Of a stretch of 64,000 nucleotides of DNA, positions 12,696 through 24,626 are shown in pieces. Each line of letters opens with the position of its first letter. The first letter of the stretch is position 1. The stretch lies in contig OZ242214.1 in the NCBI GenBank assembly GCA_965206595.1, forward strand, positions 6,048,001 to 6,112,000. Direction: 5' to 3'. The notes under the pieces were generated by a model, which was not told the DNA's origin, searched no databases, and saw only the letters and a program-made list of their open reading frames with translations. A program made the position numbers and the translations under genes. Source of the stretch: Candidatus Latescibacterota bacterium. GTDB lineage: Bacteria; Latescibacterota; UBA2968; UBA8231.

Positions 12696-15600
12696 ATGGC
12701 AACGAACCACGAGCGCGTCGGCAAGGGGATGGAATCCCTCCGGCAGGGACTGGCCCCGTTCGTCGAACGCGAGCTGCATCACAGGATCGAGACCGGCGCC
12801 GTCCACATGGACGTGCTCCGCCGCTTCGAGATCGACAAGCCGTACCGCGAGTGGGACGCCGCCGCCTTTCTCCGGCTGATGTGGGAGACCTGGAACGACG
12901 TCTTCCGCGACATCCTCGGCGCCACGGAGCGCAGCATGGTCAATGAGTTGCGCGGCTGGCGCAACAAGTGGGCGCACCAGGAGTCCTTCTCCAGCGACGA
13001 CGCCGACCGCGCCCTCGACTCGGTCGAGCGGCTGCTCACCGCGGTTTCCGCGCCCCAGGCGGCAGAGGTCGCCGCGATGAAGATGGAGCTGCGCCGGCGG
13101 GTGTTCGACGAGCAGGCGCGCGGCGAACGTCGCAGGGCGACCGGAAGTCTTATCGAGGCCGTGGGCGAGGGTGGCCTCAAGCCCTGGCGCGAGGTGGTGA
13201 CGCCTCATGCCGACGTGGCCAGCGGCCGCTACCAGCAGGCGGAGTTCGCCGCGGACCTGGGCCAGGTGCATCTGGGCGAGGGCTCGGACGAGTACCGCGA
13301 CCCCGGGGAGTTCTTCCGGCGCACCTTCCTCACCGAAAGCCTGAAGCGGTTGCTGGCCGGCGGTACCCAGCGCCTCGCCGGCAAAGGCGGTGACCCGGTG
13401 GTGCAGCTGCAGACCAACTTCGGGGGCGGCAAAACGCACTCGATGCTGGCGCTCTACCACCTGTACTCCGGGATCCCTGCGCGGGAACTCACCGGCATGG
13501 ACGAGGTGCTGGCGGAGGCGGGGGTCGAAATTCCCCGGGAGGTCCGGCGCGTGGTGCTGGTCGGCAACCGGATTTCACCGGGAAACCCGGTGACCAAAGC
13601 GGACGGCACGGTGGTGCGCACCCTGTGGGGGGAGCTCGCCTGGCAGCTCGGCGGCAAGGAGGCGTTCGAGCGGGTGCGCGCAGACGACGAGCGGGCGACC
13701 AATCCCGGGGACGTGCTGCGGAAGCTGCTGAACGAGTACGGGCCCTGCCTGGTGCTGATCGACGAGTGGGTCTCCTACGCGCGCCAGCTTCACGACGACC
13801 CCGATCTGCCGGCGGGCAGCTTCGAGACCCAGTTCACTTTCGCCCAGGCGCTGACCGAGTCGGTGAAGCTCACGGGCAACTGTCTGCTGGTGGTCTCGCT
13901 GCCGGCTTCCGACATCTCGACTCCCGATTCTCCCCACACCGAGACGGACGACGCCGAGGTCGGAGGCGTTCGCGGCCGCGGCGCCCTGGATCGGCTGCGC
14001 AACGTGCTGGGCCGGATCGACTCTCCGTGGAGGCCGGCCAGCGCCGAGGAGAGCTTCGAGATCGTGCGCCGGCGGTTGTTCGAGCCTCTCGCCGGGCCGG
14101 ACCCCTTCACGCAGCGCGACGTCACCGCCCGCGCCTTCTCCGAACTGTATCGCTTACAACAGGTCGAGTTCCCCGCGGAGTGCCGCACCGCCGACTACGA
14201 GCGCCGCATCCGGACCGCCTACCCGATTCATCCCGAGATCTTCGACCGACTCTACACGGACTGGTCCGCCCTCGCCAAGTTTCAGCGCACCCGGGGCGTG
14301 TTGCGCCTGATGGCCGCGGTGATCCACAGCCTGTGGGAGCGGGGGGACCAGAACCCACTGCTGCTGCCCTCCACCCTTCCCATCGACGACGACCGCGTGC
14401 GCAACGAGCTGACCCGCTACCTCTCCGACAACTGGAACCCCGTCATCGACAAGGACGTCGACGGCCCGGGCTCGCTGCCGGTCGCCATCGACGGGAGGGC
14501 GCCCAACCTCGGCAAGCTCTCCGCCACGCGGCGGGTGGCGCGCACCGTCTACCTCGGCTCGGCGCCTACTACCGCGGCGGCGCACCGCGGCATCGACGAC
14601 TCCCGGGTCAAGCTCGGATGCGTCATGCCGGGGGAATCTCCGGCGGTCTTCGGCGACGCCCTGCGCAGGCTGGCGGCGGAGGCGACCTATCTCTACCAGG
14701 ACGGCCCGAGGCAGTGGTACGCCACCCAGCCGACGGTCACCAAGCTGGCCGAGGACCGGGCCGAGCAACTGGCCGGCAACCCCGACGCGGTCGCCAGGGA
14801 GCTGGAGGAGCGGCTGAAGAAGGACCTGCGCAGCACCGGGGACTTCGCCCGCATCCACACCCTGCCCCGCTCGGGAGCGGACGTGCCGGACGACCTCGAT
14901 GCGCGGCTGGTGGTGCTCTCCGCGGAGCATCCCTGTTCGAGGGACCCGGACAATGCGGCCGAGGTCGCGGCCCGGGAAATCCTGGAGTCGCGGGGCAGTA
15001 CTCCGAGGCTGTTCCGCAACACCCTGGTATTTCTGGCGGTGGACAAGGTGCGGTACCAGGATCTCGACGAGGCCCTGCGCCGGTACCTGGCCTGGGTGTC
15101 GATCCTCGACGAGAAGGAGGAGCTCAACCTCGACCCGCATCAGGCCCGGCAGGCGGAAACGCAGATGAAGGCCGCCGACGACACGGTGACCGCGCGGCTG
15201 CCGGAGGCTTACCAGTGGCTGTTGGTTCCGGAGCAGGAGAGACCGGATGCCGAGGTCTCTTGGGAAGCCATCCGTCTGACCGCGGCCGGGGCATTGGCGG
15301 AACGGGCAGGCAAGCGGCTGCGTAACGAGGAACTGCTGGTAGCGGGTCTCGGGGCGACCATCCTGCGCAAGCACCTCGACGAGGTGCCCTTATGGCGCGG
15401 GGGGGATCACGTGGCGGTGCGGCAGCTAGTGGAGGATTTCGGCCGGTATTTGTACCTGCCACGCCTTCGCAACCCCGAGGTTCTCACCCGGGCGGCCCAG
15501 GACGGCGTCGCCCTGCTGACCTGGGAGTCGGATTCATTCGCCCTGGCCGAGAGCCAAGACGAGGCCGTTGGACGCTACCGCGGTTTGCAGGCGGGACAGG

Positions 15601-16007
15601 CGGTCGGAGTTTCCCCCGAAAGCCCGGCCCTGCTGGTCAAGCCGGAGGTGGCCCGCCTGCAGCTGGACGCGGAGGTGCCGCCTACGCCGGCGCCGGCTCC
15701 AGGGAGTCAGGAGCCACAACCTGATCCTGGTCCGGATGGGACTGAGCCGCCCCCTCCGCCGCCTGAGAAGAAAGCGCGGCGGTTTCATGGCGCGGTTGCG
15801 CTCGACGCCGCTCGGGTGGGCCGGGACGCCGGCCAGATTGCCGACGAGGTGATCTCCCATCTCTCCGGCCTGGTCGGAGCAGAGGTCACGGTCACCCTGG
15901 AGATCGATGCCGAGATCCCGGAGGGAGCGCCGGAGAACGTCGTGCGCACGGTCACCGAGAACAGTCGTACGCTGAAGTTTACCAGCCACGGGTTCGAGGA
16001 GTCGTGA
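12696..16007 (+). CDS. Swt1-like HEPN + DUF499 AAA+ ATPase
   Basis: N-terminal RNKWAH (RxxxxH); KPWREVVTPH, EFAADL, LQTNFGGGKTH (Walker A), LVLIDE (Walker B), FQRTRGVLR. Confidence 0.92.
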   Translation: MATNHERVGKGMESLRQGLAPFVERELHHRIETGAVHMDVLRRFEIDKPYREWDAAAFLRLMWETWNDVFRDILGATERSMVNELRGWRNKWAHQESFSSDDADRALDSVERLLTAVSAPQAAEVAAMKMELRRRVFDEQARGERRRATGSLIEAVGEGGLKPWREVVTPHADVASGRYQQAEFAADLGQVHLGEGSDEYRDPGEFFRRTFLTESLKRLLAGGTQRLAGKGGDPVVQLQTNFGGGKTHSMLALYHLYSGIPARELTGMDEVLAEAGVEIPREVRRVVLVGNRISPGNPVTKADGTVVRTLWGELAWQLGGKEAFERVRADDERATNPGDVLRKLLNEYGPCLVLIDEWVSYARQLHDDPDLPAGSFETQFTFAQALTESVKLTGNCLLVVSLPASDISTPDSPHTETDDAEVGGVRGRGALDRLRNVLGRIDSPWRPASAEESFEIVRRRLFEPLAGPDPFTQRDVTARAFSELYRLQQVEFPAECRTADYERRIRTAYPIHPEIFDRLYTDWSALAKFQRTRGVLRLMAAVIHSLWERGDQNPLLLPSTLPIDDDRVRNELTRYLSDNWNPVIDKDVDGPGSLPVAIDGRAPNLGKLSATRRVARTVYLGSAPTTAAAHRGIDDSRVKLGCVMPGESPAVFGDALRRLAAEATYLYQDGPRQWYATQPTVTKLAEDRAEQLAGNPDAVARELEERLKKDLRSTGDFARIHTLPRSGADVPDDLDARLVVLSAEHPCSRDPDNAAEVAAREILESRGSTPRLFRNTLVFLAVDKVRYQDLDEALRRYLAWVSILDEKEELNLDPHQARQAETQMKAADDTVTARLPEAYQWLLVPEQERPDAEVSWEAIRLTAAGALAERAGKRLRNEELLVAGLGATILRKHLDEVPLWRGGDHVAVRQLVEDFGRYLYLPRLRNPEVLTRAAQDGVALLTWESDSFALAESQDEAVGRYRGLQAGQAVGVSPESPALLVKPEVARLQLDAEVPPTPAPAPGSQEPQPDPGPDGTEPPPPPPEKKARRFHGAVALDAARVGRDAGQIADEVISHLSGLVGAEVTVTLEIDAEIPEGAPENVVRTVTENSRTLKFTSHGFEES

Positions 16008-16030
16008 TAGGGCGGACCCATTGGTGCCTC

Positions 16031-17249
16031 TGTAATGGCTTTCGCGTGCCAATTGACAATTGAAAATAAGACGGTGGTCAAACCCGCCCCTGCTTGGGGA
16101 TTTAGCGAAGGACGACCAAGCACCTTCCAACCCAAGGAGGCAGAAATAACCACCACCAAGAAGGTAGCACGAAGGAAGCTCAGCCTGCTACAGCTGGTCC
16201 AGGAAATCAACAACGTCAGCAGGGCATGCAAGATCATGGGCTACTCACGGCAGCAGTTTTACGAGATCCGGCGCAATTACCAGACCTACGGAGCCGAGGG
16301 TCTGATCGATCGCTTGCCGGGCGCTCGAGGTCCGCACCCAAACCGGTTCAGCCCCGAGGTGGAGCAGGCCATCCTGGCTCACTGCCTGGAATACCCCACG
16401 CAGGGCTGCCTGCGCGTGTCCCAGGAGTTGGCCTTGAAGGGCGTCCAGGTCAGCTCAGGCGGGGTACGGGGCGTCTGGGGACGGCATCGTCTCCTGTCCA
16501 AGCACGAACGTCTGCTGCGCCTGGAGGAACACACCCGACAGCGGCGGATCGAACTGAACGAGCAGCAGATCCGGCTCCTGGAGCGCTTCAGTCCCGAGTT
16601 TCGCGATCGCCACATCGAGACCCGGTACACGGGGGAGTTGCTCGGGGTGGACACCTTCCACGTGGGGACGCTCAAGGGGGTGGGACGCGTATACATGCAG
16701 GCGGCCATCGACTGCCACAGCCGTTACGCCTGGGCCCGGCTCTACCCCAACAAGCTGCCGGTGACGGCCGTGCAGCTGCTCAACAACCAGGTCTTGCCGA
16801 CCTTTGAGAAGCACCGGGATTCCGTCCAGGCGGTCCTTTCCGATAACGGCCGGGAATTCTGCGGTCGCCGGGACCGGCACCCCTACGAGCTGTTTCTACA
16901 GCTGGAGGGAATCGAGCACCGCACCACCCGGGTCAACAGTCCCCAGACCAACGGCTTCGTCGAGCGCTTGCACCGAACCATCCTGGACGAACACTTTTGC
17001 ATCGCCGGGTGAAAGACGTGGTATGAATCGCTGGACCAGATGCAGAAGGATCTGGATGCATACCTGGTTCAGTCCAACGAGAAACGCCCGCATCAGGGCC
17101 GCAACATGAACGGCATGACCCCGCTGCAGGGGTTCAAGAAAGGGCTCACTACCAGGCCCCGAGACAAGGGGAAAGCAGTGGAGAAAAACGCGGCCTGAAC
17201 AACTACCCCGAGGAGGGGGCGAGTGTCAGGTAATTACCATCACTGTACA
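16031..17249 (+). mobile_element. IS481-family insertion sequence (inactive)
   Basis: TGTA...TGACA ends in inverted orientation; contains a DDE transposase. Confidence 0.8.
16146..17198 (+). pseudogene. IS481 transposase pseudogene
   Basis: Expected start reads ATA after AAGGAGG; in-frame TGA at 17010-17012, reading continues KTWYESL...RPHQGR; DDE motifs DTF, SDNGREF, ERLH. Confidence 0.85.
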
Positions 17250-17408
17250 CGTTGAGTTCTATGTTGCTAGTAAGGATCCCAACTATTCAGATCTAAGTCA
17301 TCAGGACACTCAAAACGGTGACGATAACGCAACATTAACTACCCGTATCGGATAGAGAAATCAGTTCCGTGAGCTAAAGTCGCGGTGGTCATTGAGTGTG
17401 ACCTATGT

Positions 17409-18485
17409 TTACTGCGAATCAGCCTCCGAAACATCCTTAATTGTTACAACACGCGGTTTAGCGTTGTCTACTTCGGTCATCCGAAATCCTTCTTTTTTGA
17501 AAAACCGAGCTAGTTCTTGGAAATAATTTTGGATTGGGGCGATTTTCACAATCTTGGTCAGCTCTTTGCCTGCTTGCGTAAGAGCGACGCCATGCAATCT
17601 AAGTTTCTTGCCTCTCTTATCATTGGATATAGGTACTAAGATCCAGTGCTGTCCTTGAAAGCTTAAAGGTATACATATTGTCTGATTTGTCGTGTCCGGA
17701 ATAGCCACACAGGGCATATGTTCCCTCCAAGAATTGTAATCAGAGATTACTAAGCCATGCTCATTCAATAGATTGAGTGTTGCAAAGTTCAGGCCGTATT
17801 CCTGAAGCGTGTTTTGACCAGCATCGCCCCCCATGGAGCAGACTCTAATATCTTGAAAATCTGTTGAAATACACATAGAAGATAAGTTCGAAAAATGGTT
17901 AGCAATATTGTGATCAAGACTGCCAAGGATTTTGATGGTCCTTGTCGAATAGGACCCTGGATTTTTAATTTCGCCAGCGAGAACCTTACCGAAGTAGGCT
18001 TGCATTTCTTCAGTACTTTTTTGCCTAGCTTCAATTTCAAAAGCGTTCAGCCAATCATCATTGATCGGATCCCTTGAATTCTCCGGTGACGATTGGCCAG
18101 TGAAATCACTATCTTTGTGTATTTCGGTCGCGGCTCTTTGAGTAATCATATCTAAGTTCACCTGCTCACGAAGCACTCGGTGTCCAAATTTCTGGACTGC
18201 CACGCGCGCATACTCAGGATCGGTCTTCATTTGTTGAGCAATTTGCGCGGCTGATAAATTAATCAGTTTGACCCGGGCGGTTGTTTCTGCGCGTCGTTCA
18301 TCTGCTATTCCCGTAAGGTATGCAAGGGGCATATCAATTGCAGCAGCACACAATTGCCCGAAGGCTTTGAGAAAGTTTCGCCTAACCGGTGCGGGGATAG
18401 CTGTACCAGCTACTAGATCGGTGATGATTTCGGAGACTTCATCGGTTGGAGCTTCGAAGTCTTCGTTAGTCGATTCGTCAACCAT
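17409..18485 (-). CDS. DUF2806 domain protein
   Basis: REQVNL...DDWLNAF...STEEMQ..FGKVLAGEIKNPGSYS.RT; low GC. Confidence 0.75.
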   Translation of the reverse strand: MVDESTNEDFEAPTDEVSEIITDLVAGTAIPAPVRRNFLKAFGQLCAAAIDMPLAYLTGIADERRAETTARVKLINLSAAQIAQQMKTDPEYARVAVQKFGHRVLREQVNLDMITQRAATEIHKDSDFTGQSSPENSRDPINDDWLNAFEIEARQKSTEEMQAYFGKVLAGEIKNPGSYSTRTIKILGSLDHNIANHFSNLSSMCISTDFQDIRVCSMGGDAGQNTLQEYGLNFATLNLLNEHGLVISDYNSWREHMPCVAIPDTTNQTICIPLSFQGQHWILVPISNDKRGKKLRLHGVALTQAGKELTKIVKIAPIQNYFQELARFFKKEGFRMTEVDNAKPRVVTIKDVSEADSQ

Positions 18486-18814
18486 TTTTACTATCTGATT
18501 GTCCTCTCCCTGGCTGCTAAAGGAAGGAACGATGGATTTCGCTTGGACCGGAAAAAGTAGGTGGACAAGCGGAAACGCAGGGCTTTTTTTTCGAATACAA
18601 TGCTGTCGATGTTCCCGCCCACCGTATACTAAATGCATAGGAAAAATAGCCGGGGGCCTTTGGGGGGGCAAATCGGCTCTTTCGGCCATCGCAGGGAGGC
18701 AAATCGAGAAGGAAAGCAAACGGCCGAATCCGGCTGAGGGCCAAAAAAGTGCTCCGTCGGGTGGCGGAAGATCGGAGCAGGTTCGGTGGGACCTCAAGGA
18801 TGCTCAGGGGATTT

Positions 18815-20560
18815 TTACATGGGGAAATTTCCAGGACCGAGCAGTCCCTGCAGACGGCCCAAAAGACGATCGCGGCGTGCTTCGTAAAATACGTTGAATC
18901 TTGTAATATCGGCCGGAATTTCCCCAAGGTCATGGCGAGTGAGGTACTCACTCGCCGTTTTTGGATCATTGATGCTGCTTGCCATCCATTGCTGGGGCAG
19001 TTTGTCTCGCTTGCTCTCGTTCTCCTCGCCGAGGAGCAGCTGTAGATTGGGGAGGCGGTCGGCCCGGTCCTGGAACTCTGGGATACCTTCCTCGGCCACT
19101 CCCGCCCGGCGGAGGCGCATAGTCGTGAACCGGCTCTTCGGAAACACGTGGTCAATGTGAAACCTATTGTTCTGCAGATCCACGAAAGGGTACAAAAGGG
19201 TCAGTAGTGCCAACGTACGATCCTTCGATTCCACTAGATCCTCAATCTCTTCTTCCTCAAACGTAAGGCTCTTGCCTCGCGTCCGCATCGTGGCTTCCAG
19301 TTGAGCCGACGGAAACGCCTCGCCCCCGTGCGTATCAATAACGCTCCTGAGCGCTGTGAGCAGGGAGTCTAGTCCGCTGCCCCAGATTCCGCGCTTGAGT
19401 AGTGACCGTACAAGCCACCTTCGGATAGCGTCGCGATCCTGGCGATGGGAGACATGAGAGAGGAATCCCCTCGGTGTGGATCGCCGATATAAATAGTGGG
19501 CGATAGGCAGGACCGCGTTGTTTGCACTGAGACTGCCTTGGGAGAAACCGAACCTCGCCACCAGTTCAACGGCCGTGCGGACGGCTTGCGTAATCGGTTC
19601 CCAGCGCTCTTCAAGAAGCTTCATGTTGTTCCGATTAAAATTAGTGACCCTGAAACGCACGCTGCCGACACCTGCGAGCACCAGCCCAGCTTTAAGCAGA
19701 AAATCTTGGGAAAATCCAAACCCCTTCCCAATGTCGTTGATTTCGTCCACCGTCCCGTGGATTGCTTCGCGGGCGTCCAGATCCCACTGAGCCGTGGCCA
19801 TGCTCATGAGCATGTCGGAATAGCTAAGCGGCGTGCCGCCGCTGTTCGTACGAATGAAAATGTCCAGGACCTTGTCGAGGTCCTGGTCCTCTTCCTCGTA
19901 GTGCGCAATAACCAGATCGGTGTGCACTACCTTGTGAAGTCTGGCAAGGACCTTGAGCGGACGGCGTTGATTGCCGAGTTCCCTATCGAGGAGGAAATCA
20001 TTGAGGTCTACCGCGTCCTCGGCGTTTAGGACGTCTCCTACGGGATACCAGCAATGAGTTTCGTCCTGCTCGTCACTTTCGTCGCTGGTCAGGAAGCGGA
20101 AATCGTACTGCATATTTTGCTCGTTTTCCTCTGCGTTGGCGAGAATGTTTAGGTATAGATGCCGGGTGGGAAAGGCAAGTGGATTGTTCCGCCGGAGGCG
20201 CGGAAGCTTATAGGCGTAGCTTCCACGCAGTCCGATGTTCAGGGCCGTCAGGCGTTGCTGGCCGTCGAGCACTGCAGTGACCTCATCTCGTGTTAGCGCC
20301 CCGATAGACGTGCAATGGGGGTTGTCCTTTTCGTGGTAAGCGAGCATTAAATCGTAGAACTTGTACTTTTTGATGCTTTCCCGCTTGACTTTCCAGAACA
20401 GAAAGGAGCCTATCGGATATCCTCGCATCATGCTGTCGAAAAGACATTCAATTTGTTCCGACCACCACACGAATTCCCGTTGGATGGCCGGCAGCACATA
20501 CTCCCTTCGTTCGATTGCTAGGAGGGTTTTCCTAATTGTAATGGGGGTCTGGAATGGCAT
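18815..20560 (-). CDS. GmrSD-like type IV (modification-dependent) restriction endonuclease, DUF262 + DUF1524/HNH
   Basis: LPAIQREFVW, VLDGQQRLT, FIRTNSGG; C-terminal HIDHVFP...NLQLL...N. Confidence 0.88.
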   Translation of the reverse strand: MPFQTPITIRKTLLAIERREYVLPAIQREFVWWSEQIECLFDSMMRGYPIGSFLFWKVKRESIKKYKFYDLMLAYHEKDNPHCTSIGALTRDEVTAVLDGQQRLTALNIGLRGSYAYKLPRLRRNNPLAFPTRHLYLNILANAEENEQNMQYDFRFLTSDESDEQDETHCWYPVGDVLNAEDAVDLNDFLLDRELGNQRRPLKVLARLHKVVHTDLVIAHYEEEDQDLDKVLDIFIRTNSGGTPLSYSDMLMSMATAQWDLDAREAIHGTVDEINDIGKGFGFSQDFLLKAGLVLAGVGSVRFRVTNFNRNNMKLLEERWEPITQAVRTAVELVARFGFSQGSLSANNAVLPIAHYLYRRSTPRGFLSHVSHRQDRDAIRRWLVRSLLKRGIWGSGLDSLLTALRSVIDTHGGEAFPSAQLEATMRTRGKSLTFEEEEIEDLVESKDRTLALLTLLYPFVDLQNNRFHIDHVFPKSRFTTMRLRRAGVAEEGIPEFQDRADRLPNLQLLLGEENESKRDKLPQQWMASSINDPKTASEYLTRHDLGEIPADITRFNVFYEARRDRLLGRLQGLLGPGNFPM

Positions 20561-20718
20561 ATCTAAAGCCTCCCTTTCCTTGATTGATATGGAGCGGTTT
20601 CGCGAAAAAGTCCTTGATTTACAGTACATTGAGCTAATTCTGCACGAGGCCATCCGATGGTCGCAGGATTGGCCTGAGTGCCCCGCATTCCACACGAAAG
20701 CGGGCCCCATTCAATCAT

Positions 20719-22854
20719 TCAATCCCCTGCCTCCGGAGCATCGAGAATTGATTCCAAGCGCTTCAAGGTCCTCAGCCACTCCTTTTTGACAAGCTCAACA
20801 AGAGTGCTTGCCTTGAGGTTGCCAGCTTCCTCAAACTAATCCCGGTGATGCTTCGATACTCGAACCCGATACCCTGGTCCTTGTCCCCATTCATCATCGC
20901 AGGTCACCCAGAATGTTCCATCCCGTTTCATCTGTACGGCATGAATCGTAGTTCCTAGCTGTTGACACTTCAGCAGAAGAACTTCAGTCCCAGATTTGAC
21001 GATATGCCGTGACTGCCGAACCAAGCTGTATGCCTCCCTCAAATCAGGATCCCTGAGGAGGTTTTCTACAATGGTCTCAAAGTTCATTAGTTTAGATCCT
21101 ACAGCATCTGCAGCCACTGCCCGAGCACCGCCATAGCCGAGTTGGTGAGAATAATCAAGGTTGTACCATTCTCCTTGGCGACGAACGCTTGCGTGGAGTG
21201 AACTAGCATGCGCACTATTGATTGCCAGGAGCAAGCCATCTTGGAGGGAATTAGAAAAGGAGCCGATTTCCTGGTTTTCTTTCGCCCAAACCATCAGACG
21301 TCTACCGGCCTGTTGTTGTATTTCTTGGACTTGTGTCTCCTGATAATTCTGTGCAAGATCATTGGGTCCGTCTATCGCTTCCCTTAGGTTCCTCCGGTGG
21401 ACTTCCCGGAGGTCATTGACCAACCTTAGCAAGAAGTCCCTGAGGCGGATCGGCTCGTCTTCAAGAGCATTATAGAATTCGATTGACATGGTTGGGATTT
21501 TCAGGGCCTCAAGACGGAGCTTGACTTGGTCCTCCTTTAGTTGGTATCCCTCGTCTACAGTCTCAGCAGAAAAACCCGCATCATCCTTCACGGCCAAAGC
21601 CTCCCCCCTCCGGGGCAAAGCTAGAACTGCCGCCTTAGTCTCCAAACTGGAAATACGTCCTCTCTTGGCTCTTTCTAAGAGCTGTTGCACCGATGTTGCA
21701 GGCGAGTCGTTAAAGGACGTGCAAAGGACCACAACTGTATTTGGAGCGTTGAAGTGGTCTTCTAAATCCCGACGCTCGGCTGTCCGATCAATACCCTTGG
21801 TATCCACGATACGGATGGACAACTTTTCGTCCTGAAGGATGGGTTGAGGGACGGAAATTTCAATTCGCCTTGGTATGGTAAATTCCAGATGTCTCCCATT
21901 GTTCACCTGCTCAAAGTTCTTCTTCAGCCACAGAAGCGGCTCTTCCCCAGAGGTCTCTGAATACCAGAGTTCACGCCTCGTTCTCTTGTGAAGAGCCATT
22001 CTTGTCAAGATTTCCACGACCAGGGCGCTCGGATCTGTGGTCTCAGCTAGGTTTCTTGCCGGATCTATGACTATCCGAGCTTGCTTGCCGTTAGGTCTGA
22101 TTTCTCTTCTGACCTGTCTAGTGAGCCCACTCATGTTTCGAATCGCTCGTTCTATCTCCTTTGAGGTTCCGTGAGAGTCTATGTCTCCCGCTTCTTCCTC
22201 TTTAGACGTCTCCTTCGAGCTTTTGAGAAAATGGGCGAACTCAACGACCTCTCTGCGGAGCTCGTTTTCCCCCATGGGCTCCACCGCAATTCCATAGTGA
22301 GGTCCTCGTACGAGATGGACTTCGCAAATGGTCACTCCTCCGCCACCGACTTCAAGCACGGGCGTTCGTGCCTTTACCTCAAGGTCAGCTACACGGCAAA
22401 TGGCCGTGGATTTAACTACTCCGATGTTTCCGAAAAATGCGACGCTATGCTCTGTATCCAAGACAAGCTGTGCGGCGCCACTTAGTTCATCGCGGAATGC
22501 CTCCAATCGCCTTATGAATACGTTTCGGATGTCCGGCATTTCCCTTAGCTCCTCTATGCGCTGAAGGGCCTTCTCTGCCTCCCACAGGAGCTGCTCGTCC
22601 GGGTGTCCAAGCGGCGGCCTTCGTGTGATCTTCCAATCTCGCCCAGCTCTCTTTCGGAATCCTAGTGCTTCTTCGGTGCCGATTGCCTCTAAGATGGAGT
22701 TGAGATCCTCCGTGGACACCGGCCGATCGCCTGACTCTACGCGAGAGAGAACCGCTGCACTCCAAGTTACCTTCTGGGCAAGTTCATTTTGCTTGAGGCC
22801 GGCTCTCACCCTAAGGCGGGCAAGGTACCTGCCCAATTCGATACTAGTGCTCAT
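20719..22854 (-). pseudogene. XRE-HTH fused to dynamin-like GTPase, probably decaying
   Basis: N-terminal HTH (LKQNELA..WSAAVLSRVESG); P-loop reads GNIGVVKS; G3 IVDTKG; TAG at 20836-20838 with the frame continuing to 20719. Confidence 0.65.
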
Positions 22855-23302
22855 TCCAACCCCTCCTGTTGTCCTCCTCGCCATTTTCTGTCCTGCTCTT
22901 TTTGAGAAAGGTTGCAGATAGAATACAGCAATATATCTGCAAAAACGAGTCCAACATGAGGAAAATTTCTGGTATTATTGGGCGATTCCGAGAAAAATAC
23001 CCATTCTAGGCAAGATCAGGGACGAATGGTTCCTATTTTGGGAACTTGGAGTCGCGGAGGCAGCGCGGCTCCACGCCGAGTCAAACGAGTCGGCCCCAGG
23101 GCGAGGCGGAAACCGTAGGCGGTCATTTCTGTCGGCCGGGCAGGATCGCCGAGCGGTGGGCGTAGCGGGTGACCTTTTACGGCCTGCCTCCACGAGCCTC
23201 CCCGGGAGGCGCGCAGCTAGCCGTCTGCCGGTGTGGTGCGGGGAGACGGCGAAACGCGAGCAGACCCACTGGCGCGGACCGGATGCACTCTGCCGGCGCC
23301 GT

Positions 23303-24276
23303 CCCGTGCTTGTTCTTCGACCGCAGTGACCTGGCCTGAAGCGACATCTTCGAACCGCTTGTATCTTCCTGAACCTATCTCAAAATTGAAATTGTTTAAG
23401 TAAAATCAAAATGGATGCAAGTTGGACGAAGCCAAGAAAATTCTCCGGATACAATTCCCAGCGAGTGATCACTCGACGCTGCCATTGAAGCCAAGCAAAG
23501 AATCTCTCAACCATCCAACGCCGCACATAACGCCGCAATCGCCGTCCATCCTGAGTCTTTTTCTTGGTCCGATTCTGGCGATGCGGGGCGATCATCTCGA
23601 TCCCGTCTTTCTTAAGTTCTTCATCCAACGAATCGCTGTCGTACGCTTTGTCACCGATCAAGTTGTCAGGTTGGTCTTCGATCAGGTAAAAGTCAAGGGT
23701 CAACTGAACCAGCGTCACTTCATGATGGTTCGCTGCATGCGTGCTCACCGACAAGGGAAGCCCATTGCCGTCCACGATCCCCATGACCCGCACCCCCTTA
23801 CCTCGCTTGCTGTGGCCGATATCGGCCACCTCCACCCTTGGCCGCCGAGAACATGCCGTCGATGAAAGCTTCCGATTCGTCCAGGTCCCCTTGCTCGTGA
23901 AGGGTATTGGCCAAGTCCATGAGAACATCGCGCAGCACCTCGTTGCGACACCAATTTTGAAAGCGACGATGCACCGTTTTGTAGTTCGGATAGCCCTGCG
24001 GCAGCATGTGCCATTGGGCACCGGTATTGAGAATCCAAAGGACGGCTTCAAGAACCTCACGTGTGGCAACTGGTTTGCGGCCCGGATGGCTTTTGGGACG
24101 ATGTTCTTCAGGAAAGTGATGACGGATTCGCTCCCATTGCTTGTCGGTCAAAGTAACCATATAAATAATGATACATTATCATCAATCAGAACTCAAGATT
24201 AAATTTTGTGATTTTGAGATAGGTTCCTGACACATAAAATCCATTCCAGACCCCTAGCCCCCGGGACAACCGAATC
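23303..24276 (+). repeat. gltX upstream/leader copy 1 (interrupted by IS5)
   Basis: CGACCGCAGTGACCTGGCCTGAAGCGACATCTTCGAACCGCTTGTATCTTCCTGA|CACATAAAATCCATTCCAGACCCCT is nearly identical to 31492-31633. Confidence 0.9.
23371..24226 (-). mobile_element. IS5-family insertion sequence with split transposase (23380-24160)
   Basis: 16-bp terminal IR GAACCTATCTCAAAAT; LTDKQWERI, GAQW..LP, DKAYDSD, RWMVER; inserted at TCCTGA in gltX leader copy 1. Confidence 0.9.
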
Positions 24277-24626
24277 GTGTCAGCCGTACGCGTCCGCATA
24301 GCCCCCTAGCCGACCGGAGCCCCCCATGTCGGCACCGCCTACATCTCCCTGTTCAACATGGCCTACGCGCGCCGCCACGGGGGCAAGCTGGTGCTGCGCA
24401 TAGAGGACACCGACCGGGCGCGGTCCTCCGACCAGCACGAGCTGGGTCTTATGGAGGCGCTGCGCTGGGCTGGCATCGAGTGGCAGGAAGGCCCCGACGT
24501 CGGCGGGCCGCACGGTCTCTGCCGGCAGAGCGAGCGAATCGAGGTCTACTCAGAATACGCGAAGCAGCTCGTCGACCAGGGCTGCGCCTACTATTCCTTC
24601 ACGACCCCGAAGAGCTGGCCGCCTGG
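24277..24626 (+). pseudogene. gltX: gltX 5' fragment, copy 1
   Basis: About 350 nt matching the 5' end of gltX at 31634; TAG at 24307. Confidence 0.92.

Noticed and set aside
17010-17012. Selenocysteine or stop-codon recoding at in-frame stops (also 20836 and 24307)
   Set aside because: The stops fall in degraded elements with other lesions; housekeeping genes use TGA and TAG as normal stops
23798-23840. Programmed -1 frameshift in the IS5 transposase
   Set aside because: No A-rich slippery site; a single extra G explains the split
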